64,000 nucleotides of DNA from assembly GCA_002402965.1 (NCBI GenBank), contig DHGW01000014.1, positions 471 to 64,470 on the forward strand. Reading direction: 5' to 3'. The notes below the pieces were generated by a model that had not been told where the DNA came from, ran no database searches, and was given only the letters and a program-made list of their open reading frames with translations. Source of the DNA: Bacteroidales bacterium UBA4788 (lineage in GTDB: Bacteria; Bacteroidota; Bacteroidia; Bacteroidales; VadinHA17). Both the position numbers and the translations under genes were made by a program. Shown here piece by piece: positions 19,614 to 29,090 of the stretch (its first letter is position 1; each line of letters opens with the position of its first letter).

Positions 19614-20279
19614 TTAGATATTGAGGTACTTCATGAGCATATTGTACCTGTCGGTATAAAAGCGGTCCATCTCGTCGTTGTCAGTCACCCAGGTTGTCAC
19701 CTCATAGGAATACCTTTCAAAGGTTCGAATGATTGATGCAAGGTCAGTGGTATTGACCTTAAGCGTTATCTCGAGGCTGGTGGAGTCGGGATCGGAAGTG
19801 ATATGCATGCTGAGTATCCTGGCATCATTGCTCTCCACGATCTGTGAGATGCGGCTCATGGAGTAGTCGCGCTGCAATACCTGCAGGATAATGATCCCTC
19901 CCGGTTGTTCTATGGCGGAGATTTTGGCTATGCCGCTGATCATCTCGTTGTAGGTTATTGCCCCGCGGAAGTGGTTCTCATCGTCCACAACGGGTACCAC
20001 CGTAAGCTTATGCCGTGCCGCCAGGGCGAGGACCTCGTAGATATGCTGGTGACCCTTCACCGAGGGTCTTGGCAGGGAGAGCGAATGGTTTCCGATGGGT
20101 TCCTCCGGCTGGTTGAGGTCATAGATGTCACTGTCGGAGATGAGCCCAAGGTAATCGTTCTCATTCACGATGGGCAGATGGGAGACCCTGAATATCTCCA
20201 TCCAGTTAAGGGCAGTCTGGGCTGTATCAGATGTTTTCAGCGCCGGTACCACGTCGGATATCATCTCTTTGGCAAGCAT
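19614..20279 (-). CDS. CBS-pair domain protein with ACT-like C-terminus
   Basis: Two CBS motifs (HLPIVNENDYLGLIS, VVPVVDDENHFRGAIT). Confidence 0.75.
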   Translation of the reverse strand: MLAKEMISDVVPALKTSDTAQTALNWMEIFRVSHLPIVNENDYLGLISDSDIYDLNQPEEPIGNHSLSLPRPSVKGHQHIYEVLALAARHKLTVVPVVDDENHFRGAITYNEMISGIAKISAIEQPGGIIILQVLQRDYSMSRISQIVESNDARILSMHITSDPDSTSLEITLKVNTTDLASIIRTFERYSYEVTTWVTDNDEMDRFYTDRYNMLMKYLNI

Positions 20280-20327
20280 TCATCGTCTCATTTGGCGAAT
20301 AAAAGTACAAAAAACTGCGGATCTTTA

Positions 20328-20335
20328 TAACTTTG
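20328..20335 (+). promoter_or_regulatory. -7 box TAACTTTG for pdxJ
   Basis: Exact TAnnTTTG match 17 nt upstream of ATG 20352. Confidence 0.4.
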
Positions 20336-20351
20336 CCCTCGGAATCAGCAG

Positions 20352-21080
20352 ATGAAGGCAATGACAAGGTTAAGCGTAAACATCAACAAGATCGCCACTA
20401 TCCGAAATGCACGTGACGGCAATGTGCCGGACGTGAAGCTGGCTGCGGTCAGGTGCCAGGAATTTGGTGCGGAAGGTATCACGGTTCATCCGCGACCTGA
20501 CGAGAGGCACATCCGGTACAGTGATGTATACGAGATCAGGGATATTGTGACCACCGAGTTCAACATCGAGGGTAATCCGGAGGATAAGTTCATCAGGCTG
20601 GTGCTTGACGTTGTTCCTGACCAGGTGACGCTGGTGCCTGATGCCCATGATGCCATCACATCCAATGCCGGGTGGGACACGAAGACAAACCTCACGTTCC
20701 TGACGGAGGTGATCGCTCGTTTTCATGAAAAGGGTATCCGCACATCGATCTTTACCGGCACCGATCCCGTGATGATTGAATACGCTGCCCGCACCGGCAC
20801 TGACCGGATTGAGCTTTACACAGAGCCCTATGCATCGATGTACCCCTCTGACAGGGTTGCAGCTGTTGCTCCGTTCGTAAAGGCTGCAGGGATTGCGCGT
20901 GATGCCGGGCTGGGCATTAACGCGGGGCACGACCTGGATCTCAATAACCTGGCATGGCTGCACAGTCACATACCATGGCTGATGGAGGTATCCATCGGGC
21001 ACGCCCTTATCTCTGATGCGCTCTATTACGGCCTTGAAAATACAATACAGATGTACCTGCGCGAGCTACACAGGAGCTGA
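20352..21080 (+). CDS. pdxJ: pyridoxine 5'-phosphate synthase
   Basis: [25 protein letters not shown] and EGNP motifs. An alternative ATG lies at 20361. Confidence 0.95.
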   Translation: MKAMTRLSVNINKIATIRNARDGNVPDVKLAAVRCQEFGAEGITVHPRPDERHIRYSDVYEIRDIVTTEFNIEGNPEDKFIRLVLDVVPDQVTLVPDAHDAITSNAGWDTKTNLTFLTEVIARFHEKGIRTSIFTGTDPVMIEYAARTGTDRIELYTEPYASMYPSDRVAAVAPFVKAAGIARDAGLGINAGHDLDLNNLAWLHSHIPWLMEVSIGHALISDALYYGLENTIQMYLRELHRS

Positions 21081-21088
21081 CAGCACAC

Positions 21089-21697
21089 TTACCTGAGATG
21101 CTTTTCCACTATCGTTCTCAGCACATCTATCCCAACCAGGTTCTCCCCTCCCCCGGGGATTATTATGTCGGCATATCTCTTTGACGGTTCAATAAACTGA
21201 AGGTGTGAGGGTTTCACCGTCTTGTTGTAGCGCTCCAGCACCATCAGTACCGAACGGCCGCGCTCCACGATGTCGCGCTGTATCACCCGGCCGAGCCGGT
21301 CATCGGCATCGGCATCGACAAACACCTTGATATCAAGCATTGAACGCAGGCCCGGATCAGCAAGCACAAGTATGCCCTCCACCACAACCACCTCGGAAGG
21401 TTTGATCGGAATTGTCTCCGGAGACCTGACGCAGGTGAGATACGAGTAGATAGGCATGTTTATGGGCCGTCCTGCCTTCAGCTCAGCCAGATGGGAGATA
21501 AGCAGAGACCACTCCACCGAGTCGGGATGGTCAAAGTTGATGTTCTGCCTTTCTTCAACGGGGATGTGACTGTTGTCACGGTAGTAGCTGTCCTGCGGCA
21601 TGATCACAACCTCACCCGGGGGGAGCATCTCAATGAGCTTTCGAACCACTGTTGTCTTTCCTGATCCCGTGCCTCCTGCAATCCCGACGATAAGCAT
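21089..21697 (-). CDS. udk: uridine kinase
   Basis: P-loop GIAGGTGSGKTT at the true N-terminus. Start trimmed to MLIVGIAGG (ATG 21697). Confidence 0.9.
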   Translation of the reverse strand: MLIVGIAGGTGSGKTTVVRKLIEMLPPGEVVIMPQDSYYRDNSHIPVEERQNINFDHPDSVEWSLLISHLAELKAGRPINMPIYSYLTCVRSPETIPIKPSEVVVVEGILVLADPGLRSMLDIKVFVDADADDRLGRVIQRDIVERGRSVLMVLERYNKTVKPSHLQFIEPSKRYADIIIPGGGENLVGIDVLRTIVEKHLR

Positions 21698-21737
21698 AAA
21701 ATGATTATTTTTGTACCAAAAGTAGCAAAATAACCGT

Positions 21738-22040
21738 ATGGTAAAGCACATCGTTATCTTTAAGCTATCACCGCCTTTCACCCCTGAAGAGAGGGAGCAA
21801 TCGGTCAGGAAGCTCAAGGAGTTCTTCGGACCAGTAGGCAACAAGCTGAAGTACATCATTGAATACAGGACCGGCGTCAACATCACTGACGAGGAGCATG
21901 CGGGAGATTTTGTAATTGACGCTACCTTCGCCACGGTGGAAGATCTGAAGCGTTACCAGGGGAGTGAGCCCCACCGTGAGGCCGTGGCATCAGCCTCCGG
22001 CATCAAGAAGGCAAAACTGGTTGTGGATTATAATTTCTGA
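21738..22040 (+). CDS. Dabb (stress-responsive A/B barrel) family protein
   Basis: 100 aa, MVKHIVIFKL...HREAV pattern. Confidence 0.7.
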   Translation: MVKHIVIFKLSPPFTPEEREQSVRKLKEFFGPVGNKLKYIIEYRTGVNITDEEHAGDFVIDATFATVEDLKRYQGSEPHREAVASASGIKKAKLVVDYNF

Positions 22041-22044
22041 CGGC

Positions 22045-23037
22045 ATGAATTCACTCTATCCGATCCGGTTCAGGCCAGTGCTCAAGGAGACGCTTTGGGG
22101 AGGGAGCGCCCTGAAGGAGCGCTTCGGGAAGAAGGCAAAAGCAGGAACACGTATCGGGGAGAGCTGGGAGATCATCGGCATGCCCGGTGCCAGCTCGGTG
22201 GCTGCCAACGGTTTCCTGAAGGGCAATACCCTGGAGGAGATAGCCGAGATCTACATGGATGAGCTTCTTGGTGAGACCGTTTATGCGAAGTTCGGAACCG
22301 AGTTTCCATTGCTGATAAAGTTCATTGATGCGAACGATAAGCTCTCCATCCAGGTTCATCCTGACGACAGGCTGGCGGCTGAGAGGCATCACGCCTGGGG
22401 CAAGACTGAGATGTGGTATGTGCTTGCCGCGAAACCGGGTGCAGTGATCTACACGGGCTTCAGAAAAAAGGTCACCAGGGAGGAGTATCTTGACTACCTG
22501 GCAGGGAAAAAGCTTGACGAACTCATCAACGTTACCCCGGTCAGTGCCGGAGATGTCTTCTTCATACCTGCCGGCATGGTGCATGCCATCGGTGCGGGTG
22601 TGATGCTCGCCGAGATACAGCAGACATCAGACATCACCTACCGCATCTACGACTGGGACCGTGTGGACGGATCGGGCATGCCGCGCGAGATGCATACGGC
22701 GCTGGCCCTGGATGCGATCAATTTCAGCCTCGACAGCAACAACATGATCCGGAAGGAACCCGAACTCAACAGAACGGTACTCCTGGCGGAGAGCCCGTAT
22801 TTCCGTACCAGCCTGATCATGTTCGACAGTCCGATCATTAAGGATTACAGTCTTACCGACTCATTCATAATATATATCTGCACCGCCAGCATGGCCGTAA
22901 TTGAGTGCTTCGGCCATAAGGAGGAGATCAGGGCCGGAGAAACCCTGCTCATTCCGGCCTCGGCTGACAGTGTTACAATAATTCCCCGCGGGACGGCAAC
23001 ACTGCTTGAAGTATTTGTACCACAAAAACTAAACTGA
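22045..23037 (+). CDS. manA: class I mannose-6-phosphate isomerase
   Basis: LYPIRFRPVLKETLWGG, LSIQVHPDD and KTEMWYV motifs. Start trimmed to ATG 22045. Confidence 0.8.
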   Translation: MNSLYPIRFRPVLKETLWGGSALKERFGKKAKAGTRIGESWEIIGMPGASSVAANGFLKGNTLEEIAEIYMDELLGETVYAKFGTEFPLLIKFIDANDKLSIQVHPDDRLAAERHHAWGKTEMWYVLAAKPGAVIYTGFRKKVTREEYLDYLAGKKLDELINVTPVSAGDVFFIPAGMVHAIGAGVMLAEIQQTSDITYRIYDWDRVDGSGMPREMHTALALDAINFSLDSNNMIRKEPELNRTVLLAESPYFRTSLIMFDSPIIKDYSLTDSFIIYICTASMAVIECFGHKEEIRAGETLLIPASADSVTIIPRGTATLLEVFVPQKLN

Positions 23038-23038
23038 G

Positions 23039-23797
23039 ATGAAACAGCTTACACAACTTATCCTTGCTATCATGATAATGCTCACCTCCTCCTGCGGAGG
23101 CGGAACCGGCCAGGAAGGCGGCAGGAAGAAAGAGGGCCATGTGCCTGACACCGGATACACCGGAATAAAAAACTATGTCAGGGATAATATCAAACTGAAG
23201 GAGGCAACCTACAAGAATGGTATCCGTGAGGGTATGACCCGCACTTTTTACAAGGGCGGGGCGCTGGAGCAGGAGATACCCTACTCCGCAGACAAGAAGA
23301 ACGGTGAATCAAGGTGGTACTACCCTGACGGCAAGCTCTTCAGAACCACTCCGTATGTGAATGACACCATCCACGGTGACCAGATACAGTATTACAAGAA
23401 CGGGCGTGTTAAGGCGAAGCTCGGGTACGTTGACGGCAAACGGGTTCCGGGACTTGAGGAGTACATGATGAGCGGCGAGAAGGTGACCAGCTACCCTGAT
23501 ATCACCTACCGGGTTAACGACCGGTACAATGAAAGAGGCCTCTACAAGATTTTCATTGAGATGACGGACATGGCCGAGAACGTAAAATACTACAGGGGTG
23601 ACTATGTCAACGGGCTTGTTGACATGGACTCTATTCTTCCTCTGCTTCAGACAGCCACCACAGGTTACCTTGACCTGCAGAAGACTCCCGGCCACAAGGC
23701 AGATTCGGTGGTGGTGGTCGCATCTTACCTGACACCGTTTGGCAACAGGCTCTATTACCGCCTGGCCATACCTTTAAAGTATAAAGATTTAAATTAA
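23039..23797 (+). CDS. MORN-repeat (YwqK-like) lipoprotein
   Basis: Lipobox LTSSC, with repeated YxNGxxxGxxxxYYxxG units. Confidence 0.6.
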   Translation: MKQLTQLILAIMIMLTSSCGGGTGQEGGRKKEGHVPDTGYTGIKNYVRDNIKLKEATYKNGIREGMTRTFYKGGALEQEIPYSADKKNGESRWYYPDGKLFRTTPYVNDTIHGDQIQYYKNGRVKAKLGYVDGKRVPGLEEYMMSGEKVTSYPDITYRVNDRYNERGLYKIFIEMTDMAENVKYYRGDYVNGLVDMDSILPLLQTATTGYLDLQKTPGHKADSVVVVASYLTPFGNRLYYRLAIPLKYKDLN

Positions 23798-23802
23798 ACC
23801 AA

Positions 23803-24189
23803 ATGTCACAGATTCTTGTGCCTGGCATCAGGCTCACAACGACAAGGATGGTAAGCGGTAATGATACCGCTTCGGTCTACGGGTCAGGACTTCACGATGT
23901 CCTTTCGACGCCGGCAATGATAGCCTTCATGGAACAGACGGCGATGAAAGCTGTGGAGGCCTGCCTTAATGAAGGAGAAGGCACGGTGGGAACCGAGGTC
24001 AACGTAAGACATATCAAGGCCACACCAGTAGGAAAAAGTGTCATATGCACCGCCACGCTGCAGGAGGTGAACGGTAACAGGCTCCTGTTCCACGTAGAGG
24101 CAAGCGACGAGGATGGTAAAATCGGTGAGGGAATGCATGAAAGATACATCATTGACAACAGGCGGTTCAAGGAAAAACTGAACGGGTGA
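23803..24189 (+). CDS. hotdog-fold thioesterase family protein
   Basis: 128 aa with a pattern resembling FlK/PaaI-like thioesterases. 4-nt overlap with engB. Confidence 0.6.
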   Translation: MSQILVPGIRLTTTRMVSGNDTASVYGSGLHDVLSTPAMIAFMEQTAMKAVEACLNEGEGTVGTEVNVRHIKATPVGKSVICTATLQEVNGNRLLFHVEASDEDGKIGEGMHERYIIDNRRFKEKLNG

Positions 24190-24797
24190 TGATCATCAGG
24201 TCAGCCTCTTTTGTCACCAGCAGCGCAAAGATGAGCCAGTTGCCCTCACCGGACCATCCTGAATACGCTTTCATAGGCAGGTCCAATGTCGGCAAGTCGT
24301 CACTGATCAACATGCTGGTTTCGAGAAAGGGACTGGCAAAGATATCCGGCAGTCCTGGCAAGACTCAGACTATCAACCACTTTATCATAAATGAAAGCTG
24401 GTACCTGGTTGACCTGCCGGGATACGGTTATGCCCGCGTTTCGCAGAAGATGAGGGGTGAGTGGGACAGGCTCTTCACATCCTATGTCACTCTGCGGGAG
24501 AATCTCATTTTACTTTTCGTGCTTCTTGACGCCAGGCATGAACCGATGGCCTCTGACCTGGCTTTCATGGAGAGGCTGGCGATTAACGGCGTTCCTTTTG
24601 CCAGGGTCTTCACCAAAAGCGATAAGGTATCAGCCGCAGAAGCTGAAAAAAACAGGCTTATACACGACAAAACCATGCTCCTGACCTGGGAGAGCCTGCC
24701 ACCGACATTCGTCACAGCCGCTCCCTATGGCACAGGCAGGGAAGAACTGCTGGATTATATTGAAAGTACAATGATATTTTACAAAAGTGGGAAATGA
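24186..24797 (+). CDS. engB: ribosome biogenesis GTP-binding protein YihA/EngB
   Basis: GRSNVGKSSLINML (G1), DLPGYGYA (G3) and TKSDK (G4) motifs. Confidence 0.9.
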   Translation: MMIIRSASFVTSSAKMSQLPSPDHPEYAFIGRSNVGKSSLINMLVSRKGLAKISGSPGKTQTINHFIINESWYLVDLPGYGYARVSQKMRGEWDRLFTSYVTLRENLILLFVLLDARHEPMASDLAFMERLAINGVPFARVFTKSDKVSAAEAEKNRLIHDKTMLLTWESLPPTFVTAAPYGTGREELLDYIESTMIFYKSGK

Positions 24798-24812
24798 TTG
24801 ACCCATAAATAT

Positions 24813-24820
24813 TAATTTTG
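24813..24820 (+). promoter_or_regulatory. -7 box TAATTTTG for prs
   Basis: Exact TAnnTTTG match 40 nt upstream of ATG 24860. Confidence 0.4.
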
Positions 24821-24859
24821 GGGCATCGTTCAGTGAAACCCTGATATAAATTTTCAGAA

Positions 24860-25798
24860 ATGATCGGCCGGGCACCATTTAAGATTTTTTCATGTACCTC
24901 ATCACTTAGCATCGCAGAAAAAATTGCTGATCATCTTGGCATCGAACTGGGCAAGAGTTCTCTGCTGAGTTTCAGTGACGGCGAGTTTCAACCCTGTTTC
25001 GATGAGTCGGTACGGGGCTGTCACGTCTTCATCATACAGTCGACCAATCCGCCCGCCGAGAACCTGATGGAGTTGCTGCTGATGATAGATGCCGCCAAGA
25101 GGGCTTCGGCCTACAAGGTAAATGCGGTCATTCCCTACTACGGTTATGCCCGACAGGACCGCAAGGACAGGCCAAGGGTTTCGCTGGGGGCCAAGCTCAC
25201 CGCTGATATGCTGACCAAGGCGGGTGTTGACCGCATTATCACGATAGATCTTCACGCCGATCAGATACAGGGGTTCTTTGATGTGCCGGTGGACCATCTC
25301 TTTGGTTCAGCACTCTTCGCCCCTTATATAAGAAATCTCAACCTCCCCAACCTGACCGTCTCAGCTCCCGACATGGGCGGATCAAAGAGGGCAAATGCCT
25401 ACGCCCGTCACCTGCAGAGCGAGATGGTTCTGTGCTATAAGCTGAGAAAAAAGCCGAACGTGGTGGAGGAGATATCCATCATCGGGGATGTTGAAGGAAG
25501 ACATGTCGTGATAATCGATGACATGGTTGACACTGCCGGAACGCTGACATTTGCCGCCACAGTGATGAAGGACCGCGGTGCGCTCAGTGTGAGGGCTGTG
25601 GCCACTCATCCCGTCCTATCCGGCAACGCCATCGAAAAAATAGACAAATCGCCCCTCGAGGAGCTGGTGGTGACTGACAGCATACCCTTCAAGGGACACT
25701 CGCCGAAAATAAAAATCCTGTCAGTGGGTGAGATCTTCGCCGAAGCAATAAAAGCGGTGTATACCAACACCTCTATCAGCTCGGGTTTTGTTTTCTGA
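24860..25798 (+). CDS. prs: ribose-phosphate pyrophosphokinase
   Basis: GYARQDRK, DLHADQIQGFF and IIDDMVDTAGT motifs. Confidence 0.95.
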   Translation: MIGRAPFKIFSCTSSLSIAEKIADHLGIELGKSSLLSFSDGEFQPCFDESVRGCHVFIIQSTNPPAENLMELLLMIDAAKRASAYKVNAVIPYYGYARQDRKDRPRVSLGAKLTADMLTKAGVDRIITIDLHADQIQGFFDVPVDHLFGSALFAPYIRNLNLPNLTVSAPDMGGSKRANAYARHLQSEMVLCYKLRKKPNVVEEISIIGDVEGRHVVIIDDMVDTAGTLTFAATVMKDRGALSVRAVATHPVLSGNAIEKIDKSPLEELVVTDSIPFKGHSPKIKILSVGEIFAEAIKAVYTNTSISSGFVF

Positions 25799-25808
25799 GC
25801 AATTTAGC

Positions 25809-25816
25809 TATATTTG
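25809..25816 (+). promoter_or_regulatory. -7 box TATATTTG for the L25-pth-hslR operon
   Basis: Exact match. It predicts a leader of about 80 nt containing the AGGTTAC/GTAACCT hairpin at 25858..25878. Confidence 0.45.
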
Positions 25817-25904
25817 CAGGCCAATTTTTTCCAACAAAACGTCAAACGTGCAATGGGAGGTTACATGGCAGGTAACCTTGAGTAGCACAACAAATTAAAG
25901 ACTG

Positions 25905-26525
25905 ATGAAAACTATTGAGGTCAAAGCCGTCTCACGCGAACATTTCGGCAAGAAGAGTACGAACAGCCTGCGGGCAGAGGGTAATGTACCCTGTGTGATG
26001 TACAAGGAAAAGGAAAATCTTCATTTTTTTGCTCATGAAAATGCTTTCCGCGGACTTGTTTATACTCCGGATGTTTTTCTTGTCAACCTGGTCGTTGACG
26101 GCACGAGCTATAAGGCTGTGATGAAGGACCTGCAGTTCCATCCCGTTACGGACAGGCTGCTGCATATCGATTTCATGCAGGTGAATGAAGACAAACCGAT
26201 TATACTGGATATCCCGCTTAAGATCACCGGTGAGAGTACCGGAGTGAAGGCCGGCGGCAAGCTTCGGGTCAAACGCAGATCACTCAGGGTCAAGGGCCTC
26301 ACGAAGCACCTGCCGGAACACCTTACAATTGACATAACCAACATCGGTATAGGTCAGTCTGTGAAGATTGGCGATCTCGCCTATGAGAACCTTGAGATCA
26401 TTGACAACAAGCGCGCAATGGTTGTTGCAGTTGAAGTCTCCAGGATTTCGCTCAAGGAGGAGGAAGCTGCCGCTCCGGGTGCTGAAGCTCCTGCTGCCGA
26501 GGCTCCTGCCGAAGGGAAGGAATAA
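25905..26525 (+). CDS. rplY: 50S ribosomal protein L25/general stress protein Ctc
   Basis: Ctc-type two-domain L25 with an Ala/Glu/Pro-rich tail, upstream of pth as usual. Confidence 0.9.
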   Translation: MKTIEVKAVSREHFGKKSTNSLRAEGNVPCVMYKEKENLHFFAHENAFRGLVYTPDVFLVNLVVDGTSYKAVMKDLQFHPVTDRLLHIDFMQVNEDKPIILDIPLKITGESTGVKAGGKLRVKRRSLRVKGLTKHLPEHLTIDITNIGIGQSVKIGDLAYENLEIIDNKRAMVVAVEVSRISLKEEEAAAPGAEAPAAEAPAEGKE

Positions 26526-26539
26526 ACAGTCCCTGATGC

Positions 26540-27154
26540 GTGATGAAACACCTTATCGCCGGTCTTGGCAACATAGGTGACGAATACAGGAACACACGTC
26601 ATAACGTAGGTTTTTTGGTACTGGATGCTGCAGCAGCGGCATCCGGTATCTCTTTTAAGGACAGCCGTTACGGCTCTGTTGCGTCAATGCGGCACAGGAA
26701 CGCCGAGCTGATCCTGCTCAAACCTTCCACCCTGATGAACCGCAGCGGCAATGCCGTGCGCTACTGGATGCAAAAGGAGAAAATCCTCCTTGAGAACCTG
26801 CTCGTTATAACTGATGACATAGCCATTCCCACGGCAAGCATGAGGCTCAGGGCAGGGGGCGGCACAGGAGGGCACAACGGTCTTATGAGCGTAAGCGAGG
26901 TGCTGGGGACAGACCAGTATGCGCGACTTCGCATTGGTATCGGGAATGATTTCCCCAGGGGCGGGCAGGTGAACTACGTGCTGGGTGAATGGAGTCCCGG
27001 GGAGATGGCAGTGCTTGAAAAGCGGCTCCCGCTGGCAGTGGAGTTTATGCTGTCATTTGCCGTTGCAGGATGCGAGCTCACCATGACAGCCTTCAACAAA
27101 AAGGGTAAAAATCTCACCGATGACAACGGAGAAACAGGAGGAAAGGATCGATAA
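26540..27154 (+). CDS. pth: peptidyl-tRNA hydrolase
   Basis: GLGNIGDEYRNTRHNVGF and GGHNGL motifs. Confidence 0.95.
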   Translation: MMKHLIAGLGNIGDEYRNTRHNVGFLVLDAAAAASGISFKDSRYGSVASMRHRNAELILLKPSTLMNRSGNAVRYWMQKEKILLENLLVITDDIAIPTASMRLRAGGGTGGHNGLMSVSEVLGTDQYARLRIGIGNDFPRGGQVNYVLGEWSPGEMAVLEKRLPLAVEFMLSFAVAGCELTMTAFNKKGKNLTDDNGETGGKDR

Positions 27155-27500
27155 GTTCCTCTGGAGCGTCAGGCTGTTCAAATCGCGCAGTATAGCCATT
27201 GAGGAGTGCAAAAAGGGAAGGATCACGGTCGGAGGCCTGCCGGTCAAGCCCTCCTTCCCTGTAAGCCCCGGAATGACCCTCAGCGTCAGGAAACCACCGG
27301 TGACATATACTTATAAAGTAATGGGACTGCCGGTAAGCAGGATTGGTGCACCGCTTGTAATCAATTATATCACCGACATTACACCCCCGGAAGAGAAGGA
27401 TAAGCTCCTGGCCGGAAAAATGGCCGACGGATTCAGGCCGCGCGGAAGCGGCCGTCCCACGAAACGTGAGCGCAGGGAGCTCGATGACTTCCTGGAATAA
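27120..27500 (+). CDS. S4-domain RNA-binding protein (Hsp15/HslR-like)
   Basis: RIDKFLWSVRLFKSRS S4 motif. Overlaps the pth 3' end by 35 nt. Confidence 0.8.
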   Translation: MTTEKQEERIDKFLWSVRLFKSRSIAIEECKKGRITVGGLPVKPSFPVSPGMTLSVRKPPVTYTYKVMGLPVSRIGAPLVINYITDITPPEEKDKLLAGKMADGFRPRGSGRPTKRERRELDDFLE

Positions 27501-27527
27501 TTCTGATCACTGCCACGGTCAATACCG

Positions 27528-27615
27528 CTCACTGAGCCCGTCAGTACCTCTCACTGAGCCCGTCAGTACTGCTCTCTGCTCCCATCACCATCAGTACTGC
27601 TCTCTGCTCCCATCA
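27528..27615. repeat. nested tandem duplications (2 x 20 nt at period 22, then 2 x 25 nt at period 28, sharing TCAGTAC)
   Basis: CTCACTGAGCCCGTCAGTAC occurs at 27528 and 27550. TCAGTACTGCTCTCTGCTCCCATCA occurs at 27563 and 27591. All copies are exact. Confidence 0.9.
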
Positions 27616-27701
27616 TGGTGGTATAAATACCTAAAATCACCCATTCAATGTTAAGAAAGCCAAAACCCCGGGTCCGGCGGGAAAACTTTTTCTAACTTCG
27701 T

Positions 27702-27731
27702 AATTCTGAAGCCCGGAGGCTTCAGAATTTT
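27702..27731 (+). terminator. rho-independent terminator of the L25-pth-hslR operon
   Basis: Perfect 12-bp stem AATTCTGAAGCC/GGCTTCAGAATT, loop CGGA, followed by TT(T). Confidence 0.7.
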
Positions 27732-27759
27732 AAGATCGGAAGGTAAACCTGGCTGCGGA

Positions 27760-29088
27760 ATGGGTAAGAAGAATATTGAAAAGTATGATGTTTTCTATCA
27801 GCTTCTGAAGAGATATGTAGATTTCTGGCATAACTATATTTTTTATCGAAAGGTTATTGTTTTCGGCAAGGATAATGCTGATTTTTCGGTACCCACCATT
27901 CTGGCCCCCAATCACCAGAATGCCCTGATGGATGCCATGGCCGTGATCAGCACGCTGGACCGCCAGCTGGTGTTCCTGGCCAGGGCGGATATCTTCAAAA
28001 AGAAGTTCATCGCACGCATACTCTATTTCCTTAAGATCCTCCCCGTGTACCGTCTCAGGGATGGCTTCGATGCAGTGAAGCAGAATGACGACACCTTCCG
28101 TGACACCCTCCGGGTGATGGAGAACCGCAACGGGGTGGTTATCCTTCCGGAAGGGAGTCACGCCACCTACAGGAAACTGAGGCAGCTGAAGAAGGGCATC
28201 TGCCGGATCGCCTTCCAGACAGCCGAAGCTTCCGGATTCAAAAAGGAGATCAATATCGTCCCGGTGGGACTCGAATATTCTCACTACTGGCGTTTCAGGC
28301 AGGTGCTCACGGTGGTATACGGCCATCCGATACATGTTTCGGAGCACTTTACTTCATACCGCGAGAATCCCAACAGGGCGATTGCAGAGCTGCGTGACAG
28401 GCTGTCAGCCGAGATGAAGAAGGTGATGGTGCACATAGATGATGAGGAGAATTACGAAGCCGTCAACGAACTGCGCAGCATTATCAACGAGAAGTACAGT
28501 GACAATATCAGGTATCCCAAGCTCTTCCGTGATAAAAGGCTGATGACCAAACTGGATGAGCTGCGTGCATCTGACACCGGAGGGTACAGGGAGATATGCG
28601 AGGAGACAATTGCCGTAAAAAGCCAGGCAACTGAACTGAATGTCACATACCGTCACCTCAGGAAAAAGAAGCATAAATTCGGATGGCTCTTCCTGTCGTC
28701 GCTTCTGCTTCTTGCCAGCCTGGCCGTTTTTCTTACCGGGGCGGCGCTGAACATACTTACCTTCCAGGTATCATACCTCCAGGCGATAAAGTCAAAGGAT
28801 CCGGCCTTCATCAGCACGGCTCGCTACGGCATTTTCCTGGGGTTGAGTTTTATCTTCGGTCCCCTCTATCTTATCCTCGCACTGATATTCATAAAGCCCT
28901 GGTGGATGGCAATCCTGGCCTTCATGATGGTCCCGGTGCTGGGCATACTGGCCTGGAACTGGTTCCTGTTATTGCAACGTACCGTCGGCGGATTCAGGAT
29001 CTGGAATCTCAGGCGTACCGGGAATCCCCTCTTCATAAAGCTGCATGACACATACCAACAGCTTGTTAAACGCGTCTCGTCACTCTGA
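27760..29088 (+). CDS. PlsC-family lysophospholipid acyltransferase with C-terminal membrane domain
   Basis: NHQNALMD (HX4D-type) and PEGS motifs. The C-terminal ~130 aa are hydrophobic helices. Confidence 0.7.
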   Translation: MGKKNIEKYDVFYQLLKRYVDFWHNYIFYRKVIVFGKDNADFSVPTILAPNHQNALMDAMAVISTLDRQLVFLARADIFKKKFIARILYFLKILPVYRLRDGFDAVKQNDDTFRDTLRVMENRNGVVILPEGSHATYRKLRQLKKGICRIAFQTAEASGFKKEINIVPVGLEYSHYWRFRQVLTVVYGHPIHVSEHFTSYRENPNRAIAELRDRLSAEMKKVMVHIDDEENYEAVNELRSIINEKYSDNIRYPKLFRDKRLMTKLDELRASDTGGYREICEETIAVKSQATELNVTYRHLRKKKHKFGWLFLSSLLLLASLAVFLTGAALNILTFQVSYLQAIKSKDPAFISTARYGIFLGLSFIFGPLYLILALIFIKPWWMAILAFMMVPVLGILAWNWFLLLQRTVGGFRIWNLRRTGNPLFIKLHDTYQQLVKRVSSL

Positions 29089-29090
29089 AA

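Noticed and set aside
20370-21002. 210-aa ORF antisense to pdxJ (similar cases at 27730..28347, 39538..40104, 40554..41096, 22051..22584)
   Set aside because: All are nested in strongly supported genes on the other strand and lack motifs. They are typical antisense open frames.
21698-21934. Long N-terminal extensions of ORF-track entries (udk here; also 843..977, 2503..2574, 56377..56499, 43799..43858, 12739..12780)
   Set aside because: The extensions precede the conserved N-terminal motifs or signal peptides, and often overlap neighbouring genes or promoters. Internal ATGs that give canonical N-termini were preferred.
27528-27615. Possible CRISPR-like or minisatellite array
   Set aside because: There are only two copies of each unit, they are directly abutting or interlocked with no spacers, and no cas genes occur in the window. 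It is reported as simple tandem duplication instead.
27466-27654. 62-aa ORF spanning the tandem repeats after hslR
   Set aside because: The frame stays open only because of the duplicated sequence. It overlaps the end of hslR, has no start context and is low-complexity.
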